Source of the DNA: Elusimicrobiota bacterium
GTDB lineage: Bacteria; CG03; SLGR01; JBDRKX01
Reading direction: 5' to 3'
Assembly (NCBI GenBank): GCA_043813605.1
Contig: JBDRKX010000115.1
Coordinates: 1-43,691, forward strand
DNA length: 43,691 bases
Part shown: piece after piece, positions 13,079 to 21,584 of the stretch
How positions within the stretch are numbered: position 1 is the first letter of the stretch
Layout: the number at the start of each line of letters is the position of its first letter
Translations under genes and position numbers: made by a program
Notes under the pieces: generated by a model
The model's input: only the letters and a program-made list of their open reading frames with translations
Database searches by the model: none
What the model was told of the DNA's origin: nothing

Positions 13079-14449
13079 TTATATTTTTTCCTTTATCTTG
13101 GTAATAAGTTTATCAACCATTTTAACAAAATAATGGTCTTCATCAAGTTTCTTTGAAATAATCTTGCATGCATACATAACAGTTGCATGGTCCCTTCCGC
13201 CAAAATCCTTACCGATCTCAGTTGTTGATTTTTCGGTCAGTTTTCTTGAAATATACATAGATAAATGCCTCGGAAAAACAAAATTCTTCGAACGCTTCTT
13301 TCCGGTAAGATCCTTTACATGAAGATGATAGTGTTCAGCAACACATTTCTGTATTTCGTCAATAGAAACAGGTGCGGAAAAAGTTTCATCGGAAATAATA
13401 TCCTTAAGTATTTCTTTGGTATTATCAACAGTAACATCACTGCCTGTAAGAGAAGAAAAGGCATAAATACGTATAAGAGCACCTTCCAATTTGCGTATAT
13501 TATCTTTGATATTTTTTGCGATAAATAAAAGTACATCATCAGGAACATCAAGATGTTCACGTTCAGCTTTTGATTTTAAAATAGCTATTCTTGTCTCAAA
13601 ATCCGCAGGCTGGATATCAGTTATGACACCCCATTGAAACCTGGAGCGCAGTCTTTCTTCAAGCGTCTTAAGCTTATCCGGAGGATCATCTGATGTAATA
13701 ACAACCTGTCTCTGAGACTCGTAAAGATTATTAAAGATATGAAAGAAAGTTTCCTGTGTTTTTTCCTTACCCTCGATAAATTGTATATCGTCCATGAGAA
13801 GAACAGAAATATTGGTATACTTTTTGTTAAATTCAGTCATCTTGTTTTTTCTGATGCATTCTATCATTTCCTGAGTAAATTTTTCACAAGTAACATAATG
13901 GACGTTTTTCCTGGGATCATTATGCTTGACACGATGTCCAATAGAATGAAGAAGATGGGTTTTTCCAAGACCGACACCACCGTAAACAAAGAGAGGGTTA
14001 TATCTTTTACCGGGCTCATTAGCAACCGCTTCTGAAGCTGCCTGAGCGAAACGATTTGATGAACCGATAACAAAACTGTCAAATGTATACCTGGGATTGA
14101 AATCAGTACTTGGAAATGCAGTTTCATCATCCGGATGATATGTAGGCTCGGGAAGATCATATTTTTGGGGCGGTTTAAAGACATCATCAGATGAACGGAT
14201 AATGAATTTGATTTTAAATTTATCAATAGCTACAACAGATTTAAGCGAATTTTCAATATGATCGATATTTTTGAGCATCCATTCATAAAAATACTTGTTC
14301 GGAACCTCAACTTCGAGAATATTATCAACAGAAGAGACTGCCCTGGTAGAATTGAACCATAATTTAAATGTTTCAGGAGGAAAAACATCCCTCAATGAAG
14401 AGGTAGTTTTTTCCCATATTAATTCATGATCTGATATAATGTTATTCAA
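13079..14449 (-). CDS. dnaA: Chromosomal replication initiator DnaA
   Basis: YTFDSFVIGSSN, YNPLFVYGGVGLGKTHL, LLMDDIQF, RLRSRF.WG, NIRKLEGAL, domain IV FGGRDHATVMYA; TTG start. Confidence 0.98.
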   Translation of the reverse strand: MNNIISDHELIWEKTTSSLRDVFPPETFKLWFNSTRAVSSVDNILEVEVPNKYFYEWMLKNIDHIENSLKSVVAIDKFKIKFIIRSSDDVFKPPQKYDLPEPTYHPDDETAFPSTDFNPRYTFDSFVIGSSNRFAQAASEAVANEPGKRYNPLFVYGGVGLGKTHLLHSIGHRVKHNDPRKNVHYVTCEKFTQEMIECIRKNKMTEFNKKYTNISVLLMDDIQFIEGKEKTQETFFHIFNNLYESQRQVVITSDDPPDKLKTLEERLRSRFQWGVITDIQPADFETRIAILKSKAEREHLDVPDDVLLFIAKNIKDNIRKLEGALIRIYAFSSLTGSDVTVDNTKEILKDIISDETFSAPVSIDEIQKCVAEHYHLHVKDLTGKKRSKNFVFPRHLSMYISRKLTEKSTTEIGKDFGGRDHATVMYACKIISKKLDEDHYFVKMVDKLITKIKEKI

Positions 14450-14461
14450 AGTTTCAGTAAG

Positions 14462-14491
14462 TTATTAACAAGTTATTAACAATGTTAAAAA
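14462..14491. promoter_or_regulatory. Cluster of three DnaA-box-like sites in the dnaA leader (autoregulation / second oriC part)
   Basis: TTATTAACA at 14462-14470 and 14473-14481 (11-bp period), plus inverted TGTTAAAAA at 14483-14491; same motif as in the dnaA-dnaN gap. Confidence 0.7.
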
Positions 14492-14536
14492 ATAATAATG
14501 TATCGAAAAACCCAAAATTATTTCGAAGATTACGGT

Positions 14537-14565
14537 ATCATATAAAATAAAAAAAAAATTGTCAA
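14537..14565 (-). promoter_or_regulatory. Sigma70-type promoter for dnaA operon
   Basis: Minus strand TTGACA (14565-14560), 17-bp spacer, TATGAT (14542-14537). Confidence 0.75.
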
Positions 14566-14570
14566 GAATC

Positions 14571-14599
14571 TTGACAATAGCAAATTTAATCAATATAAT
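14571..14599 (+). promoter_or_regulatory. Consensus sigma70 promoter for rpmH operon
   Basis: TTGACA (14571-14576), 17-bp spacer, TATAAT (14594-14599): perfect consensus. Confidence 0.85.
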
Positions 14600-14642
14600 T
14601 GACAAATTAACAAAACGAAATAAATAAATTTCAGGAGAGAAA

Positions 14643-14780
14643 ATGGTAAAAAGAACATATCAGCCTAAAAAAGCAAAAAGGAAGAAAAAACACGGTTTCA
14701 TGAAAAGAATGGCAACCGGCGAAGGCAGAGAAGTATTAAAGAGAAGAAGAAGAAAAGGCCGTAAAAAATTATCTGCCTAA
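14643..14780 (+). CDS. rpmH: 50S ribosomal protein L34 (not in ORF track, 45 aa)
   Basis: Translated by hand: [52 protein letters not shown]; divergent from dnaA, upstream of rnpA. Confidence 0.97.
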   Translation: MVKRTYQPKKAKRKKKHGFMKRMATGEGREVLKRRRRKGRKKLSA

Positions 14781-15113
14781 GTGGATAACAAATTTGAGAA
14801 AAGAAACCGTCTATCTGAAAAAACATCATATGTTATTGAAAACGGTCAAAGACTCAAAGAAAAAAGCATAATTGTATATTACCTTGAAAACGAATTCCCG
14901 GCGCTCACGATCGTAGTAGGAAAAAAAGTCGGTAAAAGCGTAAAACGCAATAAGCTGAAAAGATGGACAAGAGAAATATTCAGAAATGAGAAAAATAGGA
15001 TGAAAGAATTCGGGATCGTTGTAGTTTATAAACCAGGCTCAGAAAAGATGATATACAGTGAAATACAGGAAAACCTCATGAAGCTTTGGCTGAAAGCCGG
15101 GATCATAGATTGA
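14781..15113 (+). CDS. rnpA: Ribonuclease P protein component
   Basis: [19 protein letters not shown] (RNR-type motif); directly after rpmH. Confidence 0.92.
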   Translation: MDNKFEKRNRLSEKTSYVIENGQRLKEKSIIVYYLENEFPALTIVVGKKVGKSVKRNKLKRWTREIFRNEKNRMKEFGIVVVYKPGSEKMIYSEIQENLMKLWLKAGIID

Positions 15114-15340
15114 TAATAAAGGCACTATTTAGAAAGATTATAATCATTATAATAAAAGGCTATCAAATCTGCATATCACCATTCATTGGCAGAAGGTGCA
15201 GGTTCTATCCAAGCTGTTCAGAGTATTTTATACAATCAATTGAGAAAAAGGGAATAATGCCCGGTTTTGTGAATGGAATTTCAAGAGTAGTTAAATGCCA
15301 CCCGTTCAGTAAAGGCGGATATGATCCCGTTAAGGATTAG
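15086..15340 (+). CDS. yidD: Membrane protein insertion efficiency factor YidD
   Basis: YQ..ISP....[22 protein letters not shown]; true start may be slightly downstream. Confidence 0.93.
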   Translation: MAESRDHRLIIKALFRKIIIIIIKGYQICISPFIGRRCRFYPSCSEYFIQSIEKKGIMPGFVNGISRVVKCHPFSKGGYDPVKD

Positions 15341-15343
15341 AAT

Positions 15344-16936
15344 ATGAACAATAGAGTAATATTAGCTGTGGCAATATCTGTAATGATACTCATAATATTT
15401 CAGAAGATGGAGCAAAAAAACAATCCGCAGCCGGTTCATAATATCGAAGAAAATAAAAATGTAGACAAAAAGGAAACACCTGCGGCATGGACTGAAGATG
15501 AAACAAAAAAGGAAGAAATACAGAATTACGCGTATATAAAAAGGAGTACGGAAACAATAACAAACGGTAATTTAGATATTGCTATAAATTCAATAGGATC
15601 GGGTATAAGCAGTATAAAGGTAAAAGATAAAAAAGAAGGAACAGTAGAACTTATAAGAAAGAATACTAATCAGATAACGCTTCTTTCAGAAATAACAGGG
15701 AAAGAAGAGTGGGAACTGAAAAAAATATCAGAAAACGAATTAATATCGAAAATAGCACAAAACGGATTAGAGATAGAAAGAAGATTCAAACTTGGGCCGG
15801 AGAATATCCTGGAAGTAGAAAACAGAATAACAAATAAGAGCCCGGAACATAGGGAAATAAAGATAAAGCAGGAATGGTATGAAGGTCTTGGGACTACGGA
15901 AGATATAAATAAAGAAAACTATATAGATAATAGATCATTTGCAAAAATAGACGGTAAAGTCAGAAGCAGGATAGGCAAGGGCAAATACGAAGGTGAAATA
16001 GAATGGGCAGGTGTGGTTAACCGGTATTTTATTGTAATATTGTCAAATAAAGAAAATAATTTTACTGAATTATATATAGAAGGAGCAAAGAAGAAAAGCA
16101 GGGGTTGTGCGGCAGCGGGCGGCGAAGGCGATAAATATCCTGCACTGATAATGGAAAGCAATGTAGGGATAGGAACAGAAGAAGAATATCAATTCTCTCA
16201 AAAAATATACATGGGCCTTAAAGAGTATGCGAAACTGAAGAATATGGGAGCTGGATACGAGAAGATTCTCAGTTTCGGGATATTCAGTTATCTTAGCAGA
16301 ATATTCTTGAATATTCTGATATTATTCAAATCGTTTACGGGCAACTACGGGATATCGATCATACTCCTTACAATGGTATTGCAGGTGTTCATTTTCCCGC
16401 TTACAGCAAAAAGTTATAAATCTATGAATGCGATGAAAGAGATACAGCCCAAGATAACCAATATAAGAACAAAATACAAAGAAGATCCCCAGAGGATGAA
16501 TCAGGAGATGATGGCTCTGTATAAGAGAAATAAGGTCAATCCGTTCAGCGGATGTCTGCCCCTGCTTCTTCAAATGCCGATTTTCATAAGTCTATTCACA
16601 ATGCTGAGAGGTGCGACAGAACTTAGATATGCGCATTTCCTATGGATAAATGATCTTTCCAAGGCAGATATACTGTTCTCCACAATACCGGCTTTAAAGA
16701 GCATTCCTGTAATAGGCGGCGGCGGTCCGCTTCCATTCCTTATGGGGGGCGCAATGTTCCTGCAGCAGAAATTTACCGGGGGCACTGATGGCCCGCAGAA
16801 AAGCCTGGTATATATGATGCCTATAATGTTTACATTTATGTTTATGAAATTCCCATCAGGACTGGTATTGTACTGGCTTTCAAACAGTATACTTACATTT
16901 TTTGTCCAATATGCGATAAGCAAAAAGAATGCCTGA
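15344..16936 (+). CDS. yidC: Membrane protein insertase YidC (long, with periplasmic domain)
   Basis: N-terminal TM, large periplasmic domain, GNYG.SII.LT, NPFSGCLPLLLQMPIF, FLWINDLS, PSGLVLYW. Confidence 0.96.
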   Translation: MNNRVILAVAISVMILIIFQKMEQKNNPQPVHNIEENKNVDKKETPAAWTEDETKKEEIQNYAYIKRSTETITNGNLDIAINSIGSGISSIKVKDKKEGTVELIRKNTNQITLLSEITGKEEWELKKISENELISKIAQNGLEIERRFKLGPENILEVENRITNKSPEHREIKIKQEWYEGLGTTEDINKENYIDNRSFAKIDGKVRSRIGKGKYEGEIEWAGVVNRYFIVILSNKENNFTELYIEGAKKKSRGCAAAGGEGDKYPALIMESNVGIGTEEEYQFSQKIYMGLKEYAKLKNMGAGYEKILSFGIFSYLSRIFLNILILFKSFTGNYGISIILLTMVLQVFIFPLTAKSYKSMNAMKEIQPKITNIRTKYKEDPQRMNQEMMALYKRNKVNPFSGCLPLLLQMPIFISLFTMLRGATELRYAHFLWINDLSKADILFSTIPALKSIPVIGGGGPLPFLMGGAMFLQQKFTGGTDGPQKSLVYMMPIMFTFMFMKFPSGLVLYWLSNSILTFFVQYAISKKNA

Positions 16937-16963
16937 ACTTCCTAAAAAAAATACTAAAAAGCA

Positions 16964-18340
16964 ATGAACATTTCTGATACAGTGGCTGCAGTAGCAACAC
17001 CGGAAGGTGTGGGTGCGCTAGGAATAGTTCGTATGAGCGGAAGTAATGCGTTTGATATCGCAGGCAGGATATTTAAATCAGTTTCAGGTAAGAAAATCAG
17101 CCTTGAATGCAGACAATACTGCTTAAAACACGGTGTTATCCATGACACCAATGTTGTTATTGACGAAGTAATGATGACTGTTATGAAAAGCCCCCATTCT
17201 TATACAGGAGAAGATATGATAGAGATCATATGCCATGGCAGCAGTCTGATAATCACAAGGATACTGGATCTGTGCCTGGATAATGGGGCAAAAGCAGCGG
17301 AACCGGGTGAATTTACGAGGAGAGCATTTCTCAATAATAAAATGGATCTTACACAGGCAGAATCCGTTAATCATCTGATCAATGCTCATTCGGCAAGAGC
17401 ACAGGAAGAAGCAGTAAGGATCCTGCGCGGGGAACTGAAAGAAAAAATGGGATCTCTGAAAGACAGGATAATAAGGATCAAAGCAAATATAGACGCAGAC
17501 ATAGAATGGGGTGAAACAGAGAATATAAATATTCTGTCACGAGAAAAAATAAAAGAAAAGATAACAGAATGTACGGCTATTCTGGAAGATATGATTAGAA
17601 ATTCGCAGCCGGCGGAAAAGGTCATCCGGGGCCGCAAAATAGTCATCTGCGGAAAACCAAATGCAGGCAAATCATCATTATTCAACTGTATCCTGAAAAG
17701 TTCCAGAAGCATTACAAGCAGGATACCGGGCACAACGAGGGATGTTATTGAAATAGATACAATGCTGGGAGGATCTCTGGTGAATCTGGTAGATACGGCA
17801 GGAATCGGGCTTGATTTAAAAACTATTATTGATAAAGAAGCTGTAAAGAAGAGCAGGCAGGAGATACGCGATGCGGATATGATAATATATGTTATTGACG
17901 GAAAAACAGGGATAGAGCCCAAAGACAGCAGTGTAAAGAGATTGCTGAAAGGAAAACACTGGATACCGGTTATTAACAAATGTGACTTGAAGATAAAAAT
18001 TGATGAAAAAGTATTAAAAAGGTTTTGTTTAGAAAAAAAGTTTAATCTGATTTCATGCAAAAAGGGGCAGGGGATAAAGGAACTTATTGAACTGATAAGA
18101 AATTTTCTTATTAGAGAAGATAACGGAAAACTGATGGTCACATGCAGGCAGAAGCAGGCCCTTAAAGATGCTATGAAAAACCTGAAAAACAGTATGGATA
18201 TTTTATGGCAGGATAACTACAGGGAGCTGGTATCGTATGAAATAAATGAGATGATGAAAGATATGGGAAAGATAGACGGCAGCACATTGGAACAGGAAGT
18301 GCTTGACAGTATATTCAGAGAATTCTGTATAGGAAAATGA
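16964..18340 (+). CDS. mnmE: tRNA uridine-34 modification GTPase MnmE (TrmE)
   Basis: DTVAAVATP.G.GA.GIVR.SG, SYTGED, GEFTRRAFLN, GKPNAGKSS, GTTRD, DTAG, NKCD, C-terminal FCIGK. Confidence 0.97.
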   Translation: MNISDTVAAVATPEGVGALGIVRMSGSNAFDIAGRIFKSVSGKKISLECRQYCLKHGVIHDTNVVIDEVMMTVMKSPHSYTGEDMIEIICHGSSLIITRILDLCLDNGAKAAEPGEFTRRAFLNNKMDLTQAESVNHLINAHSARAQEEAVRILRGELKEKMGSLKDRIIRIKANIDADIEWGETENINILSREKIKEKITECTAILEDMIRNSQPAEKVIRGRKIVICGKPNAGKSSLFNCILKSSRSITSRIPGTTRDVIEIDTMLGGSLVNLVDTAGIGLDLKTIIDKEAVKKSRQEIRDADMIIYVIDGKTGIEPKDSSVKRLLKGKHWIPVINKCDLKIKIDEKVLKRFCLEKKFNLISCKKGQGIKELIELIRNFLIREDNGKLMVTCRQKQALKDAMKNLKNSMDILWQDNYRELVSYEINEMMKDMGKIDGSTLEQEVLDSIFREFCIGK

Positions 18341-19140
18341 GACATTTCGCTGCCATGAACAGCTTTTATTTCAAAAAAAATGCGGAAGAGATAGCTCAAT
18401 GGGCATATGAGAACGGCTTCAGCGGTGTTGAAATATGGGCTGATGTGCCGCTCTGCTATGTTGATGACAAAGATATAGATACCATTATAGATAAACTGGT
18501 ATCATTAAATGAAAAAATTGCATATACAGTTCATTCGCCTATATACGGAATAAACATATCATCGGTAAACCCCGGGATATTGAAAGAGTCCATAAGACAG
18601 ATAAAGAAAGCGATGACCTGGGCGGGTAGAATACATATCGAAAAATTCATAGTACACACAGGCCGGGTTCCTGCAAGAAGACAATATGTGATGCAAAAAG
18701 TACGGACTATAATACGGGAGAGTATGGAAGATATAAAAAAAGAAGCGGACAAGAACAGGATAGACTTAATAATAGAGAACACGGGAGTAGATAGATTATC
18801 ATACGACTATGACATAGAAGAAATGATCGATATTGCAAGAGAATTCGGGACAGGCATTTGTTTGGATACTGGGCATGCCAATATATCCGGGATGGGAGCG
18901 GTGCTGGCAGAAGAGGTGATAGAAAAAACAGAAGAACTGCATCTGCATGATAATTTTGGAGAAAAAGATGAACACCTGCCGGTAGGGGATGGAAATATCG
19001 ACTGGAGCCTGTATCGCCCGCTTATGCTGAAACAGGATATGATCACCGTGCATGAGGTGCGCCTTGGAAACAATACGGAAAACGAAATAATAAGGAGCAG
19101 AAAAAGGGCGGAAGAAATAGCAGCGGATTGTTTCACGTGA
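18337..19140 (+). CDS. Sugar-phosphate isomerase/epimerase / AP-endonuclease-2 family TIM-barrel metalloenzyme
   Basis: GVEIW, VHSP, IVHTG, IEN, LDTGHA, HLHDN, DEHLP.GDG.ID, HE metal-ligand pattern; ATGA overlap with mnmE. Confidence 0.85.
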   Translation: MRHFAAMNSFYFKKNAEEIAQWAYENGFSGVEIWADVPLCYVDDKDIDTIIDKLVSLNEKIAYTVHSPIYGINISSVNPGILKESIRQIKKAMTWAGRIHIEKFIVHTGRVPARRQYVMQKVRTIIRESMEDIKKEADKNRIDLIIENTGVDRLSYDYDIEEMIDIAREFGTGICLDTGHANISGMGAVLAEEVIEKTEELHLHDNFGEKDEHLPVGDGNIDWSLYRPLMLKQDMITVHEVRLGNNTENEIIRSRKRAEEIAADCFT

Positions 19141-19144
19141 AACA
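19129..19144. promoter_or_regulatory. parS: parS centromere site 1
   Basis: Perfect TGTTTCACGTGAAACA, extended to a 26-bp palindrome CGGATTGTTTCACGTGAAACAATCCG (19124-19149). Confidence 0.95.
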
Positions 19145-19155
19145 ATCCGTTGAAT

Positions 19156-19863
19156 ATGTTTCACGTGAAACATCCATCCGGTTTCAAAAGAGCATTGTAT
19201 AATCCGCTTATAAGCTGGTACAATCAAAGAGAAATAGACCCCGGGCCTTTCCTTGAAAGGATAGAATCATATATAGAATTACTTGTGTTTGAAAAAAGAG
19301 TAAGGAACATAATAGGTAGTTCAGGGCAAGAAGCCATTATTAAAGAACATGTAATACCATCATTAGAACTGTCCCGCATCATCAAAGGCGCAAATGGTAT
19401 AGATCTGGGTTCGGGAAACGGATTGCCGGGTATAATTATAGCAATCAATAGACCGGATATCGATCTGACATTGATCGAAGCAAAAGCCAGCAGGGTCAAT
19501 TTCTTAAAAAAAGCGCAAAAAGAACTTAAAATACAGAACCTGCAGATAGTTCATTCAAGAGCAGAAGAAGAAGGCCGTAAGAGTAAATGGCGGGAGAAAT
19601 TTGATTGCGGTACTTGCAGGGCCGTGGCAGAGCTTCGGATAACAGCCGAACTCATGCTGCCGTTCTTGAGAAGAGGCGGTATATTCTACGCTCAGAGAGG
19701 CGATAATTCCGAAAGAGACATAATCACAGCAGAAGACATTCTGGGAAATCTGGGCGGCACAGTAAGTGAAGTAAGAAAAGACGGGGTATTGATTATTGAA
19801 AAAAAGAGAGCAACACCTGCCGAATTTCCGAGGAAATGGAAAAAAATAGTTTCCGGTTCTTGA
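19156..19863 (+). CDS. rsmG: 16S rRNA m7G527 methyltransferase RsmG (GidB)
   Basis: DLGSGNGLPGI SAM motif, IEAK..RVNFL, RAEE, RAVA; upstream of parA. Start uncertain (ATG 19156 or TTG 19150). Confidence 0.92.
   Translation: MFHVKHPSGFKRALYNPLISWYNQREIDPGPFLERIESYIELLVFEKRVRNIIGSSGQEAIIKEHVIPSLELSRIIKGANGIDLGSGNGLPGIIIAINRPDIDLTLIEAKASRVNFLKKAQKELKIQNLQIVHSRAEEEGRKSKWREKFDCGTCRAVAELRITAELMLPFLRRGGIFYAQRGDNSERDIITAEDILGNLGGTVSEVRKDGVLIIEKKRATPAEFPRKWKKIVSGS
19157..19172. promoter_or_regulatory. parS: parS centromere site 2
   Basis: Perfect TGTTTCACGTGAAACA, 28 bp after site 1; parAB lies about 0.7 kb downstream. Confidence 0.95.
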
Positions 19864-19888
19864 ATATTATTCGTATTTTTTGTATCAT
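19860..19888 (+). promoter_or_regulatory. Putative sigma70 promoter for parAB
   Basis: TTGAAT (19860-19865), 17-bp spacer, TATCAT (19883-19888). Confidence 0.5.
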
Positions 19889-19905
19889 ATTGTATTTAGA
19901 CAATT

Positions 19906-20673
19906 ATGAAGTGCAAAATAATATCTGTTACTAATCAGAAAGGCGGCGTGGGGAAAACCACTACAGCCGTGAACCTGGCAGCCGGACTGGCAAGGAGATT
20001 CCAGGATGTATTGCTTATAGACATGGATGGACAGGCTAATGCAACCCAGGGCCTTGGTTTCGGCAAGGAGACCATAAAAAAATCGGTATATGATGCGATA
20101 ATGGGCGGAGTCAAGATAACGGACGTAGTGCGCAAAACCGAAATAGGTCTTCTTGATATTATTCCTGCAAATATGAGCCTGAATGGTGCAAAAGTTGAAC
20201 TTGTTGAAGCTAGCGGCAGAGAATACAGACTGAAAAACGCGCTTGAAGAGATTAAATCCAATTACAGGTATATTATAATAGACTCACCGCCGTCTTTGGA
20301 TCTGCTTACTGTTAATTCTCTGACAGCCAGCGATTCTACATTAATCCCAATACAGTGTGAGTATTATGCCCTGGAGGGATTGGGGCAATTGATGAGCACA
20401 CTGTCTAAAGTCAAGAAAAGCCTGAATACGACTTTGGAGATCGAAGGTGTGCTGCTCACAATGCATGACCGCAGGACAAACCTTTCTTTTGATGTTGTAA
20501 ATGAAGTTAAAAAACACTTTAAGGGGGCTGTATATAGTACTATAATACCCAGGAATGTAAAACTTGCCGAGGCCCCGAGTTACGGGAAGACGATCTTTGA
20601 CTACGATCCGTACTCAAGCGGCGCAATAGCATTTGATGAGCTGTCAAAGGAATTCCTGGAGTCAAATTACTGA
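19906..20673 (+). CDS. parA: Chromosome partitioning ATPase ParA/Soj
   Basis: NQKGGVGKTTT deviant Walker A, IDMDGQANAT, IIDSPPSL, PIQCEYYALEG, IPRNVKLAEAPSYG. Confidence 0.97.
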   Translation: MKCKIISVTNQKGGVGKTTTAVNLAAGLARRFQDVLLIDMDGQANATQGLGFGKETIKKSVYDAIMGGVKITDVVRKTEIGLLDIIPANMSLNGAKVELVEASGREYRLKNALEEIKSNYRYIIIDSPPSLDLLTVNSLTASDSTLIPIQCEYYALEGLGQLMSTLSKVKKSLNTTLEIEGVLLTMHDRRTNLSFDVVNEVKKHFKGAVYSTIIPRNVKLAEAPSYGKTIFDYDPYSSGAIAFDELSKEFLESNY

Positions 20674-20741
20674 CAGTTACAAAAAAGTCCGCGGGCGGAA
20701 CAGGCGGCCCGAAGGCAAAGAACCTAAAAGGAGAAAGAATA

Positions 20742-21584
20742 ATGAAAAGAGCACTTGGAAGAGGACTGGATTCGCTTATACCTGAGGAAGCCAGCAACGA
20801 GATAAAAGAAATAAAAATCGAAAACATAGTGCCCAATAAGTACCAGATGAGAAATGATTTCAATGATGAGAAAATAGACGGGCTCGCAGAATCGATAAAA
20901 GAAAAAAATGTAGTTCAACCGCTGATTGTAACAAAATCCGGCAGAAAGTATATGCTGATAGCGGGAGAAAGAAGATGGCGTGCGGCAAAAAAAGCGGGAC
21001 TTGATTCTGTACCGTGCATAGAAAGAGAAATGGATGAAGAAGATTATCTTACAATTTCTTTGATTGAGAATATTCAGCGCGAAAACCTGTCTCCGGTAGA
21101 AGAAGCGGCGGCATACGACAGGATGATCCGGGAATTTTCGATGACACAGCAGTCTATAGCAGAGAAAGTCGGTAAATCCAGGTCTGCTGTTGCAAATACG
21201 CTGAGGATACTGACTCTTCCTGAAGATTTAAGAAAACTGATCGAACAGGGAAAAATGAATGCCGGGCATGCGAGAGCCCTGCTCTCGGTAAAAGATGCCA
21301 GGAAACGCAAAAGCCTGGCAGAAAAAATAGTTAAAGAGAGCTTAACGGTAAGAGAAGCAGAGCAGCTTGCTGCTATTGCATCAGGTAAAGCGAACAGGGT
21401 TCCTGCCCAAAAAAAGGCATTCAATGCAGATCCGGAAATACTGAAGTTTGAAGAAGTTTTTGAAAAAGCTCTTGGAACAAAAGTATCAATAAAAATGAGG
21501 AATCGCAAAAGCGGCTCTATAAATGTTAATTTCTATTCACTGGATGAATTTGAGAGGATATCGGACATAATATGCAGCAGATAA
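20742..21584 (+). CDS. parB: Chromosome partitioning CTPase ParB/Spo0J
   Basis: ALGRGLDSLI, IAGERRWRAA, IENIQRENL, HTH VGKSRSAVANTLR, GHARAL. Confidence 0.97.
   Translation: MKRALGRGLDSLIPEEASNEIKEIKIENIVPNKYQMRNDFNDEKIDGLAESIKEKNVVQPLIVTKSGRKYMLIAGERRWRAAKKAGLDSVPCIEREMDEEDYLTISLIENIQRENLSPVEEAAAYDRMIREFSMTQQSIAEKVGKSRSAVANTLRILTLPEDLRKLIEQGKMNAGHARALLSVKDARKRKSLAEKIVKESLTVREAEQLAAIASGKANRVPAQKKAFNADPEILKFEEVFEKALGTKVSIKMRNRKSGSINVNFYSLDEFERISDIICSR

Noticed and set aside
14780..14788. One-mismatch canonical DnaA box (AGTGGATAA) at the rpmH/rnpA junction
   Set aside because: Isolated and coincides with the stop/GTG-start codons. Kept only as a caveat to the non-canonical box hypothesis.
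17386..18141. Long antisense ORFs (this 251-aa one; also 40960-41658, 22872-23381, 2282-2839, 42516-43019 and others)
   Set aside because: They lie opposite well-supported genes and are Ser/Phe/Ile-rich shadows of purine-rich coding strands, with no motifs.
20688..20716. GC-rich stem (CGGGC...GCCCG) between parA and parB
   Set aside because: Short stem with no plus-strand U-tract; cannot be supported as a terminator or ncRNA.
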